Positions 1-9,195 of a DNA stretch of 20,600 bases are shown piece after piece. Position numbers and translations under genes: made by a program. Positions within the stretch are counted from its first letter, which is position 1; the number at the start of each line of letters is the position of its first letter. The notes beneath the pieces are model-generated. The model had not been told where the DNA came from, searched no databases, and saw only the letters and a list, made by a program, of their open reading frames with translations. The DNA comes from an uncultured Janthinobacterium sp. GTDB lineage: Bacteria > Vulcanimicrobiota > Vulcanimicrobiia > Vulcanimicrobiales > Vulcanimicrobiaceae. The DNA lies in NCBI GenBank assembly GCA_964658025.1, contig CAZZXB010000035.1:1-20600 (forward strand), read 5' to 3'.

Positions 1-2
1 CC

Positions 3-389
3 GGCGGCGGGCTACTCCTCGCGGAGCCGAAGACGCGGATCGTCGAGACGCTCGCGTCGTACGCCGCGCTCGCGGGGCCGGACGAACTCCGCTGCGTCGC
101 CGGAACGCCGCTCACGCTCGTCGCGATCGCCGCGGGGACCGACGTCGCGCGCGCGGCGAACCGCACGTTCTCGCGCGACGACGTCGACGCGACGATCGAC
201 GCGCTCCTCGACCGCGATCTCGCCGCCCGCCGCGCGCTCCCCGGGATGCTCCCGCAACGCGCCGACATCTTGGCCGCGGGCGGCCTGATCCTCTCCGAAG
301 CGATGCGCCTGCTCGGCGCGGCGACCGCGCGCGCGACGGTCGACGACCTGTTGCTCGGTTATCTCGTGGAACGCGCGCCGACGAAGTGA
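3..389 (+). CDS. Ppx/GppA family phosphatase, C-terminal part (5' truncated by window edge)
   Basis: Not in the ORF track; translated by hand in frame 3: ...ELRCVAGTPLTLVAIA...RRALPGMLPQRADILAAGGLILSEAM...VDDLLLGYLVERAPTK*, stop TGA at 387-389. The GT-x-x-L and PGM-x3-RAD-I-x-x-G-x-x-IL motifs are typical of the exopolyphosphatase/pppGpp phosphatase fold. Confidence 0.85.
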   Translation, partial: GGGLLLAEPKTRIVETLASYAALAGPDELRCVAGTPLTLVAIAAGTDVARAANRTFSRDDVDATIDALLDRDLAARRALPGMLPQRADILAAGGLILSEAMRLLGAATARATVDDLLLGYLVERAPTK

Positions 390-421
390 CGGGCACCGCG
401 AGCGCGAAGCGTCGCACGGAC

Positions 422-505
422 GGGATGATGGTGGAATCGGTAGACACAGCAGACTTAAAATTTGCCGCTCGCGAGAGCATCCGAGTTCGAGTCTCGGTCG
501 TCCCA
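422..505 (+). tRNA. tRNA-Leu, anticodon TAA (reads UUA); CCA not encoded
   Basis: Acceptor stem GGGATGA/TCGTCCC with discriminator A505; D-arm GTGGAATCGGTAGACAC; anticodon arm GCAGA-CTTAAAA-TTTGC with TAA at 456-458; long variable arm GCTC-GCGA-GAGC; T-arm CCGAG-TTCGAGT-CTCGG. Confidence 0.97.
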
Positions 506-520
506 GAACGTCGCTCGTGC

Positions 521-531
521 AAATATATAAG
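521..531 (+). promoter_or_regulatory. Possible -10 promoter element for the etfBA operon
   Basis: AT-rich island AAATATATAAG in a high-GC context, about 80 nt upstream of the etfB start. No clear -35 element identified. Confidence 0.4.
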
Positions 532-608
532 GGCCCTCGCGGAAGGGTCGTTCGGCGCTCCGACGCAATCGAATCGAGTTTTCCCCGCCCCGGAGGTTCG
601 CACGCGAC

Positions 609-1397
609 TTGAACATCGTCGTCACCGTTAAACTCGTCCCCGATACGAATGCCGACAAGCGCATCGATCCGGCGACGAAGCGTCTCGGCCGTACCGGCAT
701 CGAGACCGTCATCAATCCCTTCGACGAATACGCGCTCGAAGCGGCGCTCAAGCTCAAGGATGCGGACGCCGCGAACAGGACGGTCACCGTCGTCGCGATG
801 GCTCCGGAGACCGGAAAGGAAGTCCTCCGCAAGGCGCTCGCCATGGGCGCCGACGACGCGATCCTCATCTCGGACCCCGAAGCCGTGGGATCGGACGTCT
901 GGGGCACGGCGTACGCGCTCTCCAAAGCGATCGCGGGCAAGGGGTTCGATCTCGTCATCTGCGGGACGAACTCGACCGACGCGAACACGGGCGAGCTCCC
1001 GGGACTTCTCGCGGAACTCCTCGGCGTCCCCGGGCTGACCTACCTGCGCAAGATCGCGCTCGACGGCACGACGCTCAAGGCCGAACGCGAGACCGATACC
1101 GGCTACGCGAAGATCTCGGCGTCGCTCCCCGCGCTCGCGAGCGTGACGAAATCGATCGGCGAGGCCCGCTATCCCGCGCTCAAAGGCATCATGGCCGCCA
1201 AGAAAAAGCCGATCGACGTGAAGACGCTCGCGGCCGTCGGCGTCGACAAGCCGATCGGCGAGGCGGGTGCGAAAACGGCGGTCGTCAAGCTCGACGTGCC
1301 GGCCGCCCGCGGGAAGGGCGAGATCTACGAAGCCGCCGACGCCGTCGCGGGCGCGACGCGCATCGTCGAGTTCCTCCGGGAGAAGAAGCTGATCTAA
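609..1397 (+). CDS. etfB: Electron transfer flavoprotein beta subunit
   Basis: MNIVVTVKLVPD start, INPFDEYALEAAL, ALAMGADDA, DLVICG, EARYPALKGIMAAKKK. TTG start preceded by GGAGG at 592-596. Confidence 0.96.
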   Translation: MNIVVTVKLVPDTNADKRIDPATKRLGRTGIETVINPFDEYALEAALKLKDADAANRTVTVVAMAPETGKEVLRKALAMGADDAILISDPEAVGSDVWGTAYALSKAIAGKGFDLVICGTNSTDANTGELPGLLAELLGVPGLTYLRKIALDGTTLKAERETDTGYAKISASLPALASVTKSIGEARYPALKGIMAAKKKPIDVKTLAAVGVDKPIGEAGAKTAVVKLDVPAARGKGEIYEAADAVAGATRIVEFLREKKLI

Positions 1398-2365
1398 TGC
1401 GTGACGTCATCGTATTCATCGAACATTCGTCGGGGCAGGCGCGTCGCGTCTCGACCGAGATGGCGACCAAGGCCAAGGAGATCGCGACCGCGCTCGGCGG
1501 GAGCGTGCACGCGGTCGTCGTCGGCAAGAGCGCGAACGCGGTCGCCGAGCAACTCAAGGCGTTCCCGATCGACAAGATCCACGTCGCCGAGGACGGCGAC
1601 GTCGACGCGTTCTTCATCGACCCGTCGGTCGACTATCTCGAAGCCGTCGCGAAGGCCGCGGGTCCGTCGCTCGTGCTCGTCCCCTACACGATGATCGGTC
1701 GCGACCTCGGCAGTCGGCTCGCGGCGCGCTTCGATGCGGGTCAGACAGCCGACGTGAACGAGCTCTCGGTCGACGGCGGCAAGGTCGTCTGTTCCTCGCC
1801 GAAGCTCGGCGGCACGGCGATCGTCGCCTGCACGTTCGCGAGCGAGTACGGGATCGCCGCGATCCGTCCGAACTCGTTCAAGGCCGCGCCCGGTGCCGGG
1901 GCGGGCGAGATCGTCGCGCTCGAGAAGCCGGCCGGGAAGACCTATCGCATCGCCGTCGAGGAAGAGATCGTCGAAGCCGCGGGCGAGCTCGGCGTCGAGG
2001 AAGCATCCGTCGTCGTTTCGGGCGGACGTGGTGTGGGCGGCCCCGAACCCTTCACGACGATCCTCAAGGATCTCGCGGATTCCCTCGGCGGTTCGGTCGG
2101 CGCCTCGCGCGCGGCCGTCGATGCCGGGTGGATCTCGCACGGCCACCAAGTCGGTCAGACCGGCAAAACCATCAGCCCGTCGCTCTACATCGCGGTCGGC
2201 ATCTCGGGTGCGATCCAGCACAAGGTCGGGATGCGCACCGCGAGCACGATCGTCGCGATCAACAAAGACGCGAGCGTGCCGATCGGCGAGTTCGCCGACC
2301 TGCTCGTCGCGGGAGACCTCTTCGCGATCGTCCCGGAGCTGACGAAACAAATCCGCGCGAATTAG
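1397..2365 (+). CDS. etfA: Electron transfer flavoprotein alpha subunit
   Basis: FAD-domain motifs VVVSGGRG, GASRAAVDAGW, QVGQTGKT, LYIAVGISGAIQH, AINKD. TAATG stop/start overlap with etfB. Confidence 0.97.
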   Translation: MRDVIVFIEHSSGQARRVSTEMATKAKEIATALGGSVHAVVVGKSANAVAEQLKAFPIDKIHVAEDGDVDAFFIDPSVDYLEAVAKAAGPSLVLVPYTMIGRDLGSRLAARFDAGQTADVNELSVDGGKVVCSSPKLGGTAIVACTFASEYGIAAIRPNSFKAAPGAGAGEIVALEKPAGKTYRIAVEEEIVEAAGELGVEEASVVVSGGRGVGGPEPFTTILKDLADSLGGSVGASRAAVDAGWISHGHQVGQTGKTISPSLYIAVGISGAIQHKVGMRTASTIVAINKDASVPIGEFADLLVAGDLFAIVPELTKQIRAN

Positions 2366-2396
2366 AAACGATTCGCCTCAACCGAAAAGGGTCCGA

Positions 2397-3950
2397 TTGA
2401 ACAAGCAACCTCGCCTCGTCGCAGCCGCCCTCGTCGTCCTTCTCGCCTCGGTCGGCGCATCGCTCGCCGAAGCGAAAAAACCGGCGCCTGCGCCGAGCGC
2501 GAGTCCGACGTCGAGCGCGTCGCCCGCGGCCCTGCCGACGGCGACGCCCGAACCGCCGGAATCGGCGATCCCGCGTCTGGAAGCCAAGGTCAAGGCGAAT
2601 CCGACCGACCAGCAGTCGCTCCGCGATCTCGCGGGTTACTATCTCGGCGCGAACCGTCCCGACGCCGCGCTTCCGCTCACGCAGAAGCTCTTCTCGCTCG
2701 GCGACAAAACGGCGCAGACGTTCTATCTCGACGGCGTGGCGAATCAGACGCTCGGCCGCATCCCGCAGGCGACGGCCGATTTCGAGGAAGCGAGTAATCG
2801 CGAACCGACCAACGCGCAGATCCTCCTGACGCTCACCGATCTCTACATTCGCGAGAACCGCGCGGCCGACGCCGAGCGCGTGGCGAAACGCGCGACGACG
2901 TTCAACTCGACCGATCCGCGCGTGTTCGAAAACTACGGTCTCGTGCTCGGCCAAGAAAACAAATTCGACGACGCGCGGACGCAGTTCGAATCGGCGGCGA
3001 AGCTCGCACCCAAAGATCCGCTCCCGCTCGTGCTCGAGGCGCGTTCGTACATCTCGCAAAAAAATCTGACGGCGGCGCAATCGAGTTTCGATCGCGCGCT
3101 CGCGCTCGATCCGAAAAATCCCGACGCGTTACTCGGTAAGGCGCGCCTGTACGCCGCGAACAAAGATACGACGAACGCGGTCGCGACGTACGAGCAACTC
3201 TACGCGATCGTGCCGACCGACGACGCGAAGGCCGCCGTGCTCGTCGAGGAATATCAAACGTACCGCGACGCGAAGATGAACGACAAGGCGCTCGCGGTGC
3301 TCCAACGCGGCGAGGCCGCGCTCCCCAAAGCCGTCGCGCTCCACATCGCGAACGGCGATTACGATGCCGGGATCGCCAAGGACCCGGCGGGCGCCGAGCG
3401 CGAGTGGAAGACGGCCTACGGCCCCGATCGCTCGAGCCCCGACGCCGCGACGCGTCTCGGCGAACTCGCGCTCCAGCAACGGAAGGTCGACGACGCGCTC
3501 GGGTACTTCAAGCGCCTCACGGAACTCCAACCGAACGATCCCACCGCCTGGTCGACGGTCGCGACGATCCAGTTGCAGACGGGCCGTTATCAGGACGCCC
3601 ACGACTCGTTCCGTCACGCGTTCGAACTCGCGCGCACGCCGCAGTTTCTCGCGGGCGTCGGAACGACCGACCTGCAGTTGCGGAATTTCAAAGAGTGCTC
3701 GGCCGTCTTCACCGCGATCGACAAGAACGCCGCGCCGTTCATGAAGCAGAATCCGCAACTGCTCTACGCCTACGGCAAGTGCGCGCTCGCGAACGGCGAG
3801 AAGGACAAAGCGAAGAGCGCCTACACGCGTCTGCGGCCGATGCTCAAACCCAACACGCCGGTCGCGACCGAGGTGAACAAGGCGCTCGCGAGCTTGGGAT
3901 CGACCGCGGGCAAACCGAAGTCGAAGAGCACGCCGAAGCCCAAGGGCTGA
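2397..3950 (+). CDS. Exported tetratricopeptide-repeat (TPR) protein
   Basis: Signal peptide (MNKQPRLVAAALVVLLASVGASLAEA), Pro/Ser/Thr/Ala linker, then many TPR-like units (e.g. FEEASNREPTNAQIL, FESAAKLAPKDP, FDRALALDPKNPDAL, FKRLTELQPNDPTAW) and a Lys/Pro-rich tail. TTG start. Confidence 0.88.
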   Translation: MNKQPRLVAAALVVLLASVGASLAEAKKPAPAPSASPTSSASPAALPTATPEPPESAIPRLEAKVKANPTDQQSLRDLAGYYLGANRPDAALPLTQKLFSLGDKTAQTFYLDGVANQTLGRIPQATADFEEASNREPTNAQILLTLTDLYIRENRAADAERVAKRATTFNSTDPRVFENYGLVLGQENKFDDARTQFESAAKLAPKDPLPLVLEARSYISQKNLTAAQSSFDRALALDPKNPDALLGKARLYAANKDTTNAVATYEQLYAIVPTDDAKAAVLVEEYQTYRDAKMNDKALAVLQRGEAALPKAVALHIANGDYDAGIAKDPAGAEREWKTAYGPDRSSPDAATRLGELALQQRKVDDALGYFKRLTELQPNDPTAWSTVATIQLQTGRYQDAHDSFRHAFELARTPQFLAGVGTTDLQLRNFKECSAVFTAIDKNAAPFMKQNPQLLYAYGKCALANGEKDKAKSAYTRLRPMLKPNTPVATEVNKALASLGSTAGKPKSKSTPKPKG

Positions 3951-3960
3951 CGATCGTCCG

Positions 3961-4974
3961 ATGATCGTCGTCTACGACGAACGGTATGCGGAGCATCTGC
4001 GGGGGATCAATCATCCCGAATCTCCCGACCGCGTCGTGACGGTCGCGGCGCACCTGGCCTCGGAGGGACTCTTCGACGACCGCGTCGCCGCGCGCGACGC
4101 GACGGACGCCGAACTCGAACGCGTCCATCCGCGAAGCTATCTCGAACGCGTGAAGCGCGACGTCGACACGGTCGGTCGGAGCGGCGGCTATCTCTCGACC
4201 GGCGATACCGTGATCGACGGGTCGTCGCTCGAGGTCGCGCGTCGCGCCGCGGGCGGCGCGCTCGCGGCGATGGAAGCGACCGTGCGCGAGGGACGCGCCG
4301 CCTTCGCGCTCGTCCGCCCGCCCGGTCATCACGCCGAAGCGGCGCGCGGTATGGGCTTCTGCGTCTTCGGGAACGCCGCGATCGCCGCGCGCGCGTTCGT
4401 CGACACGCACGGCGGGCGCGCGCTCGTCGTCGATTTCGATTACCATCACGGCAACGGCACGCAATCGGTCGCGGGCGACGGCGTCTCGTTCGTCTCGACG
4501 CACGCCTTTCCGGCGTATCCCGGAACGGGCGGTCCGAACGAACAGCGTTTCGACGAGACGGGCGCCGTCGTGAATCTGCCGCTCCCGCCGCACGAGTACG
4601 GCACGGAAGCGTTCGTCGCCACCTGGGAGCGCCTGCTCCCCGTCGTCGCCGCGCGTCTGAAGCCCGATCTCGTCGTCGTGAGCGCGGGCTACGATTTCGC
4701 GACGGGCGATCCGGTCGGCGATCTCGGCGTCGATGCGGCGCTCGCATCGACCGCGCTCGGCGCGTTGATCCGCGAGATCGGCGAGACGTACGCGCGCGGC
4801 CGCGTCGCGTACGTTCTCGAGGGCGGCTACGACGTGCGCGCGCTCGCGACCGGCGTCGCGGCGACGCTCCGCGCGCACGACGCGGGCGCCGGCTCGGAGA
4901 ACGATGCCGACGGCGCCGCGATCCCGCCGAGCCAACGGCGACTCGTCGAGACCGTGGCGGCATGGCGATCCTGA
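3961..4974 (+). CDS. Histone deacetylase family (Zn-dependent amidohydrolase, AcuC/AphA-like)
   Basis: HPESPDR, RPPGHHA, GFC, DFDYHHGNGTQ, SAGYD and LEGGY motifs are all intact. Confidence 0.95.
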   Translation: MIVVYDERYAEHLRGINHPESPDRVVTVAAHLASEGLFDDRVAARDATDAELERVHPRSYLERVKRDVDTVGRSGGYLSTGDTVIDGSSLEVARRAAGGALAAMEATVREGRAAFALVRPPGHHAEAARGMGFCVFGNAAIAARAFVDTHGGRALVVDFDYHHGNGTQSVAGDGVSFVSTHAFPAYPGTGGPNEQRFDETGAVVNLPLPPHEYGTEAFVATWERLLPVVAARLKPDLVVVSAGYDFATGDPVGDLGVDAALASTALGALIREIGETYARGRVAYVLEGGYDVRALATGVAATLRAHDAGAGSENDADGAAIPPSQRRLVETVAAWRS

Positions 4975-5438
4975 TCTTCGTCGCGCGGCTCGCCCTCGGG
5001 GCGCTCCTCATCGTCGCCGGCACGCTCAAAGCGCACGACGGCGTCACCGCGACCGCATCGTCGATCGCGGCGTATCGCATCCTCTCGCCCGCGATCGTCG
5101 GACCGCTCGCGGTCGTGCTCCCGTACGCGGAGATCCTACTCGGCGGGTATCTCGCGCTCGGGCTCTTCACGCGCGTCGCCGGGATCGTCGCGAGCGTGCA
5201 ATTCGTCGCGTTCGCGGCCGCGGTCGCCTCGCTCGTCGTCCGGGGCTTGCCCGCCGACTGCGGCTGCTTCGGATCGAGCATCCCGACGCCGCCCTCGTGG
5301 GGTCACGTCGCCGCCGATCTCGCGCTCGCGCTCGTCGCCGCCGGGATCGCGCGCTTCGCGCCCGGCGCGTTCGCGGTCGATCGCGCGCTCGCGGCGGGCG
5401 GTACGTCCGCCACGGGTCACGAATTGCACCCGCTATGA
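4962..5438 (+). CDS. MauE/DoxX family membrane protein
   Basis: About four hydrophobic segments, RLALGALLIVAGTLK, LPYAEILLG, and the MauE-type CGCFG motif. Confidence 0.88.
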   Translation: MAILIFVARLALGALLIVAGTLKAHDGVTATASSIAAYRILSPAIVGPLAVVLPYAEILLGGYLALGLFTRVAGIVASVQFVAFAAAVASLVVRGLPADCGCFGSSIPTPPSWGHVAADLALALVAAGIARFAPGAFAVDRALAAGGTSATGHELHPL

Positions 5439-6085
5439 ATCGTGCCGAACGTCGCTCGCCGTTACCATCGACCGGACGCCAGCGCGCCCTCGCGCAGCGT
5501 CGTCGGACGATCCTGTTCGTCTCGCTCGGCATCTTCGCCGTGCTCGTCATCGCGGCGCTCGTCTACGGGAACCAGGTTTCGAAAACGGCGTCGGACGCGC
5601 CGATCTCGGCGAAGCTCGCGGTCGGCGACAAGGCGCCGCACTTCGTCGTCTCGACGACCGGCGGCGCGTTCGATCTCGCGCAGGCGGGCGGAAAGCCGAC
5701 CCTGCTCGAGGTCTTCGCGACGTGGTGTCCGCACTGCCAGCGCGAGACGGCCGTGCTCAATTCCGTCTTCGCGAAATACGGGAGCCGCGCGAACGTCGTC
5801 GCCGTCTCGGGCTCGCCGTACGACATCACGAGTTCGGGCAACGAAACGCAAGCCGACGTGATCGCCTTCGCGCAGAAATTCGGCGTGAAGTATCCGATCG
5901 CGTTCGATCCCGATCTCTCCGTCGCGAAAGCGTATCTCCAGGGCGGATTTCCGACGGTCGTGCTGATCTCGAACGCGGGCGTCGTGCAGGCGATCCGCGA
6001 CGGCGAGATCCCGCAGGCGATGATCGACAAGGCGCTCGACACGTCGCTCGCGGGCGGGAAACCCGATCCGAAGATGGGCGCGTAG
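5435..6085 (+). CDS. Membrane-anchored TlpA/ResA-like thiol-disulfide oxidoreductase
   Basis: Likely true start is ATG 5435 (ATGA overlap with the MauE stop), not 4904. MNRAERR..., one TM helix, VGDKAPHF, active site FATWCPHC, YPIAFD, and GFPT cis-Pro loop. Confidence 0.9.
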   Translation: MNRAERRSPLPSTGRQRALAQRRRTILFVSLGIFAVLVIAALVYGNQVSKTASDAPISAKLAVGDKAPHFVVSTTGGAFDLAQAGGKPTLLEVFATWCPHCQRETAVLNSVFAKYGSRANVVAVSGSPYDITSSGNETQADVIAFAQKFGVKYPIAFDPDLSVAKAYLQGGFPTVVLISNAGVVQAIRDGEIPQAMIDKALDTSLAGGKPDPKMGA

Positions 6086-6107
6086 CGGCGGGATCTTCGC
6101 CGCCGTC

Positions 6108-7577
6108 GTGAGCCGGTGGCGCGTCGCGGCGATCGCGCTCGTCGCGCTCCTCACGCGCGCCGTGGGTTCCGATTCGGTCCCGATCGAAATCCATCCCGAC
6201 GAACTCGCGGGGCTCGTCGGCGTCGCGAACGTCTCGAACGCGAGCGCGCCGCTCTTGCCCTTCTTCGATCTCCGCGTGCAGTACTTGCCGCTCTACGGGA
6301 TCGTCGAATCGTTGTCGGTCGCGGTGCTCGGCGCGCATCCGTTCGCGATGCGCTTGCCGGCGATCGTCTTCGGCGTGCTCTCGGTGTTCGCGCTCCGTTG
6401 GTTCGTGCGCGAACTCGTCGCCGACGCGGCGCTCGCGGACGCGGCGGCGGCGATCTTCGCCGTGCTTCCCTGGGCGATCGATCTATCGCGACTCGGTTGG
6501 GAGCCCGCGAGCGTGTTCCCGTTTCTGCTCGGCGCGCTCGCGGCGCTCGCGGGCGGGATAGTACGACGTCGCGGTGCGCTCGTCGTCGCGAGCGGCGCGC
6601 TCTTCGGCATCTGCGCGTACACGTATCGCGCCGCGCCGTTCGACGGCGCGCTCCTCGCGCTCGCGTTCCTCGCGACGCATCCGCGCGCGGTGCGCGGCAC
6701 GCTCCGCGCGCTCGCGCTCGCGAGCGCCGTCTGCGCGGCGATCGTCGCACCGCTCGCCATCGCGGTCGCGACGCATCCGCATTTCTTTTGGCGCGACGCG
6801 ATGATCGGAACGTTCGCATCCGGGATCGATCCCGCGACGCTCGCCGTCTTCGCGCGGAACTACCTCGCGCACTTCGCGCTCGGACCGCTCTTCGCCACGG
6901 GCGACGGTATCCTCGATCACGGTCCGCGTTACGGGGTGCTCCTCTGGTGGATGTTGCCGTTCGTCCTCGTGGGCATCGTTCGCGCGCCGCGGATCGTCGG
7001 TCGCGCGAACGCGGCGTTTCTCGCGATCTGGCTCGCGATCTATCCGCTCGGCGGCGCGCTGACGGACGACGGCGTCCCGGATTTTCCGCGCACGATGATC
7101 GGCGCGCCGCTCGCCGCGATCCTTTGCGCCGTCGGCGTCCGCGCCGTGTGGGCGGCGCTCGGCTCGCGACGGCGCGCGTTCTCGGCGGCGCTCGTGTCCG
7201 TCGCGGTCGTCGCGACGGTCGACTTCATGCGCGCCTATCTCGTCGTCTATCCCGTCGCGTCGGCGACCTCGTTCAAGTTCGGGACGGCGCGCATGTTCGC
7301 GACGGTACGCGCGCTCGCGAACGACGGATACGCGCGCGTCTGCTTCGGCTCGCTCGACTGGTACAACTATCCGACGTACGTCGATTACTATCTCGCGCGT
7401 TCGCGCATCGTCGCGATCGAGGGGTTACCCGACGTCTGCTTCGCTCCGGGCTCGCTCGTGGTCGTCGACGATCCGGAAAAGGCGCCTCGGGCGCGGACGC
7501 TCTTGGCCGTCGTCGACGGAGTCGACGGCAGACCGGTCGACTACGTCTTCGGAGCGCGCGCCGCGCGCCGTCCGTGA
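6108..7577 (+). CDS. Glycosyltransferase family 39/83-like (PMT/ArnT, GT-C fold) integral membrane protein
   Basis: PDE motif after TM1, YLPLY, MRLPAIVFG, PWAIDLSRLGWE, YTY, many TM segments and a short soluble C-terminal domain. Confidence 0.82.
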   Translation: MSRWRVAAIALVALLTRAVGSDSVPIEIHPDELAGLVGVANVSNASAPLLPFFDLRVQYLPLYGIVESLSVAVLGAHPFAMRLPAIVFGVLSVFALRWFVRELVADAALADAAAAIFAVLPWAIDLSRLGWEPASVFPFLLGALAALAGGIVRRRGALVVASGALFGICAYTYRAAPFDGALLALAFLATHPRAVRGTLRALALASAVCAAIVAPLAIAVATHPHFFWRDAMIGTFASGIDPATLAVFARNYLAHFALGPLFATGDGILDHGPRYGVLLWWMLPFVLVGIVRAPRIVGRANAAFLAIWLAIYPLGGALTDDGVPDFPRTMIGAPLAAILCAVGVRAVWAALGSRRRAFSAALVSVAVVATVDFMRAYLVVYPVASATSFKFGTARMFATVRALANDGYARVCFGSLDWYNYPTYVDYYLARSRIVAIEGLPDVCFAPGSLVVVDDPEKAPRARTLLAVVDGVDGRPVDYVFGARAARRP

Positions 7578-7595
7578 GGGTCTCGGTCGCGGTCG

Positions 7596-8666
7596 TTACG
7601 GAACGACGCTCGTCGCGATCCTGACGAGTTCGTTGCGGAGCAGATCGCCGACGAGCGCGAACGAGTGGTCGTGCTCTTTCCAGGTGAGCAGCGTCGTCGG
7701 CCCGTCCTCGACGTATTGCGCGTCGTGATCCTCGAAGCGGATCGTTCGGCTCCGAAGCGTTCCGAAATTCGCCGCGGCGCCGGCGCCGTTCTCGAAGAGC
7801 GAGATCGACCGCAGGCCGTCGCTGTAGAGTAAGTGTAAGGTCCGCACGCCGTCGATCGTCGCGACGTCGCCGCTTTGGATCGCGTAGCCCTGCGGAAGAT
7901 TTTTCGGCTCGATCGGCGCGAAGTCGGCTTCTTTGACCACGCGCGCGATATCGGAGGACGGCATCTTCGTGTCGACGCCCGCGACCTGCGCCCAGCCCTG
8001 TGGGGCGGCCGTCGAGAAGAGGCTCGTCGGAATCTCGTTCGAGTACCGCAGTTCTTCGAAACGCGTCTGCGCGGCGACCGAGCCGTTCCCGTGGTACTCT
8101 TCTTTTTTGAGCACGAGATGCGTCTCGCGATCGATCCAGAGACGTTCGGCGCGTTCGCCCGTGAATTTATTGACCAGGACGATCGAATCGCTCGCGCGAT
8201 CGGCGACGGTGTCGCCGCCGTCCGCGAGCGCACGATAGTTGCGCATGACGCGATCGAAATCGCCGGCGCGCGCGAACTCGTCGTCGGCGCTGGGATTGTG
8301 CGAGATCGTCACGCGGCCGGCCTTGCGATCGAAATCGTAGCTCGCCGAGCCGCTCTCGATCGAATAATCGCCGTAGAGCGCTTCGGGTGCGACGTACCAG
8401 CGTCGCGTGAGGTTCGGCGCGCGATGCTCGATCTTGACGATCGTCGCGACCGCGCCCTTCGATCCGAACCGCACCGTTTCGACCTGGCCGACGTACGAGA
8501 CGGTCTTGCGCGCGGCGACGCTCGCGCGCAAGAGATCGATCGGCGCCATCGTCGGAACGGAACGCGCCGACGCCGCCGAGGCGGGCGCGACGAGCGCGAG
8601 GAGGAGCGATCCCGCCAGCGCCGAGAGCGCGGCGGACGACCGGAGTGCGATCTTAGCGCACGGCAA
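7596..8666 (-). CDS. RseB/MucB-like periplasmic sigma-E regulatory protein (LolA-like fold)
   Basis: Signal peptide (LSALAGSLLLALVAPASA), SYVG, VADR, RLWIDRETHLVLK, PKNLPQGY, HLLYSDGLRSISLF (MucB/RseB C-terminal signature), LVGDL. Lies directly downstream of an anti-sigma gene. Start uncertain: TTG 8666 or ATG 8690. Confidence 0.85.
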   Translation of the reverse strand: MPCAKIALRSSAALSALAGSLLLALVAPASAASARSVPTMAPIDLLRASVAARKTVSYVGQVETVRFGSKGAVATIVKIEHRAPNLTRRWYVAPEALYGDYSIESGSASYDFDRKAGRVTISHNPSADDEFARAGDFDRVMRNYRALADGGDTVADRASDSIVLVNKFTGERAERLWIDRETHLVLKKEEYHGNGSVAAQTRFEELRYSNEIPTSLFSTAAPQGWAQVAGVDTKMPSSDIARVVKEADFAPIEPKNLPQGYAIQSGDVATIDGVRTLHLLYSDGLRSISLFENGAGAAANFGTLRSRTIRFEDHDAQYVEDGPTTLLTWKEHDHSFALVGDLLRNELVRIATSVVP

Positions 8667-9189
8667 CGTCGAACGCGCTCGGGACCGCATCCGCTTCGTA
8701 GCTCGCCACGATCGATCCGCGCGCGCTCGAACCGTCGCCCTCCATCGACGTCTCCATGGTGCCGCCGTTATACGAGAACGGCGAGAAGCGCGCTTGTGCC
8801 GCGTGGGCGTGCAGGTAGTACGTCGCGTCGACCGTCGGCGGCGCGGCGCCGGGACGCGCGAGCGGCGAGGCGAAAAATCCGCCGACGACGAGGATCGCGG
8901 CGAGCGGGACGGCGACGACCGGTCGGAAGAGCGCGGTTAGCGCGCCGAACGGGCTCGGACGCGCTTCGCGAATCCGTTCCCAGACGTGCGCGCGAACGAG
9001 CGACGGCATCTCGACCTCGTCGCGACGCGCCGCGCTCCGGAGCGCGTCGACCAGCGTCCGCTCGAGGTCGTATTCGACGCGACAGTCGCGGCACGTCGCG
9101 AGATGGGCGTGGACGAGCGCGTCCTCGGCCGGCGCGAGTTCGCCGTGGACGTAGTCGGTCAGGATGTCGGTCGAAAGGTGCTGGTTCAT
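8653..9189 (-). CDS. Zinc-finger (ZAS, zf-HC2) transmembrane anti-sigma factor
   Basis: H4...DYVHGEL...HLATCRDC (HxxxCxxC), one TM segment (PVVAVPLAAILVVGGFF), short extracytoplasmic tail. Confidence 0.92.
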   Translation of the reverse strand: MNQHLSTDILTDYVHGELAPAEDALVHAHLATCRDCRVEYDLERTLVDALRSAARRDEVEMPSLVRAHVWERIREARPSPFGALTALFRPVVAVPLAAILVVGGFFASPLARPGAAPPTVDATYYLHAHAAQARFSPFSYNGGTMETSMEGDGSSARGSIVASYEADAVPSAFDVAVR

Positions 9190-9195
9190 CGTTCT

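Noticed and set aside
422..505. tRNA-Leu(TAA) as a bldA-like regulatory tRNA in a high-GC genome
   Set aside because: In-frame TTA codons occur in many ordinary genes here (3129 TPR; 5462 thioredoxin; 7425 glycosyltransferase; 7832 and 7838 RseB-like; 16639, 16825 and 17077 P450), so there is no sign of restriction to a special regulon.
515..532. Rex-like operator upstream of etfBA (TCGTGCAAATATATAAGG)
   Set aside because: Only the left half resembles TTGTGAA; the right arm is not palindromic.
480..608. tRNA as an integration site for a prophage or island
   Set aside because: No integrase, no duplicated tRNA 3' end and no compositional shift in the window.
6085..6103. Hairpin GCGGCGGG-ATC-TTCGCCGC as a terminator after the thioredoxin gene
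   Set aside because: No U-tract, and it sits 4 nt before the next start; could be chance or a minor translational element.
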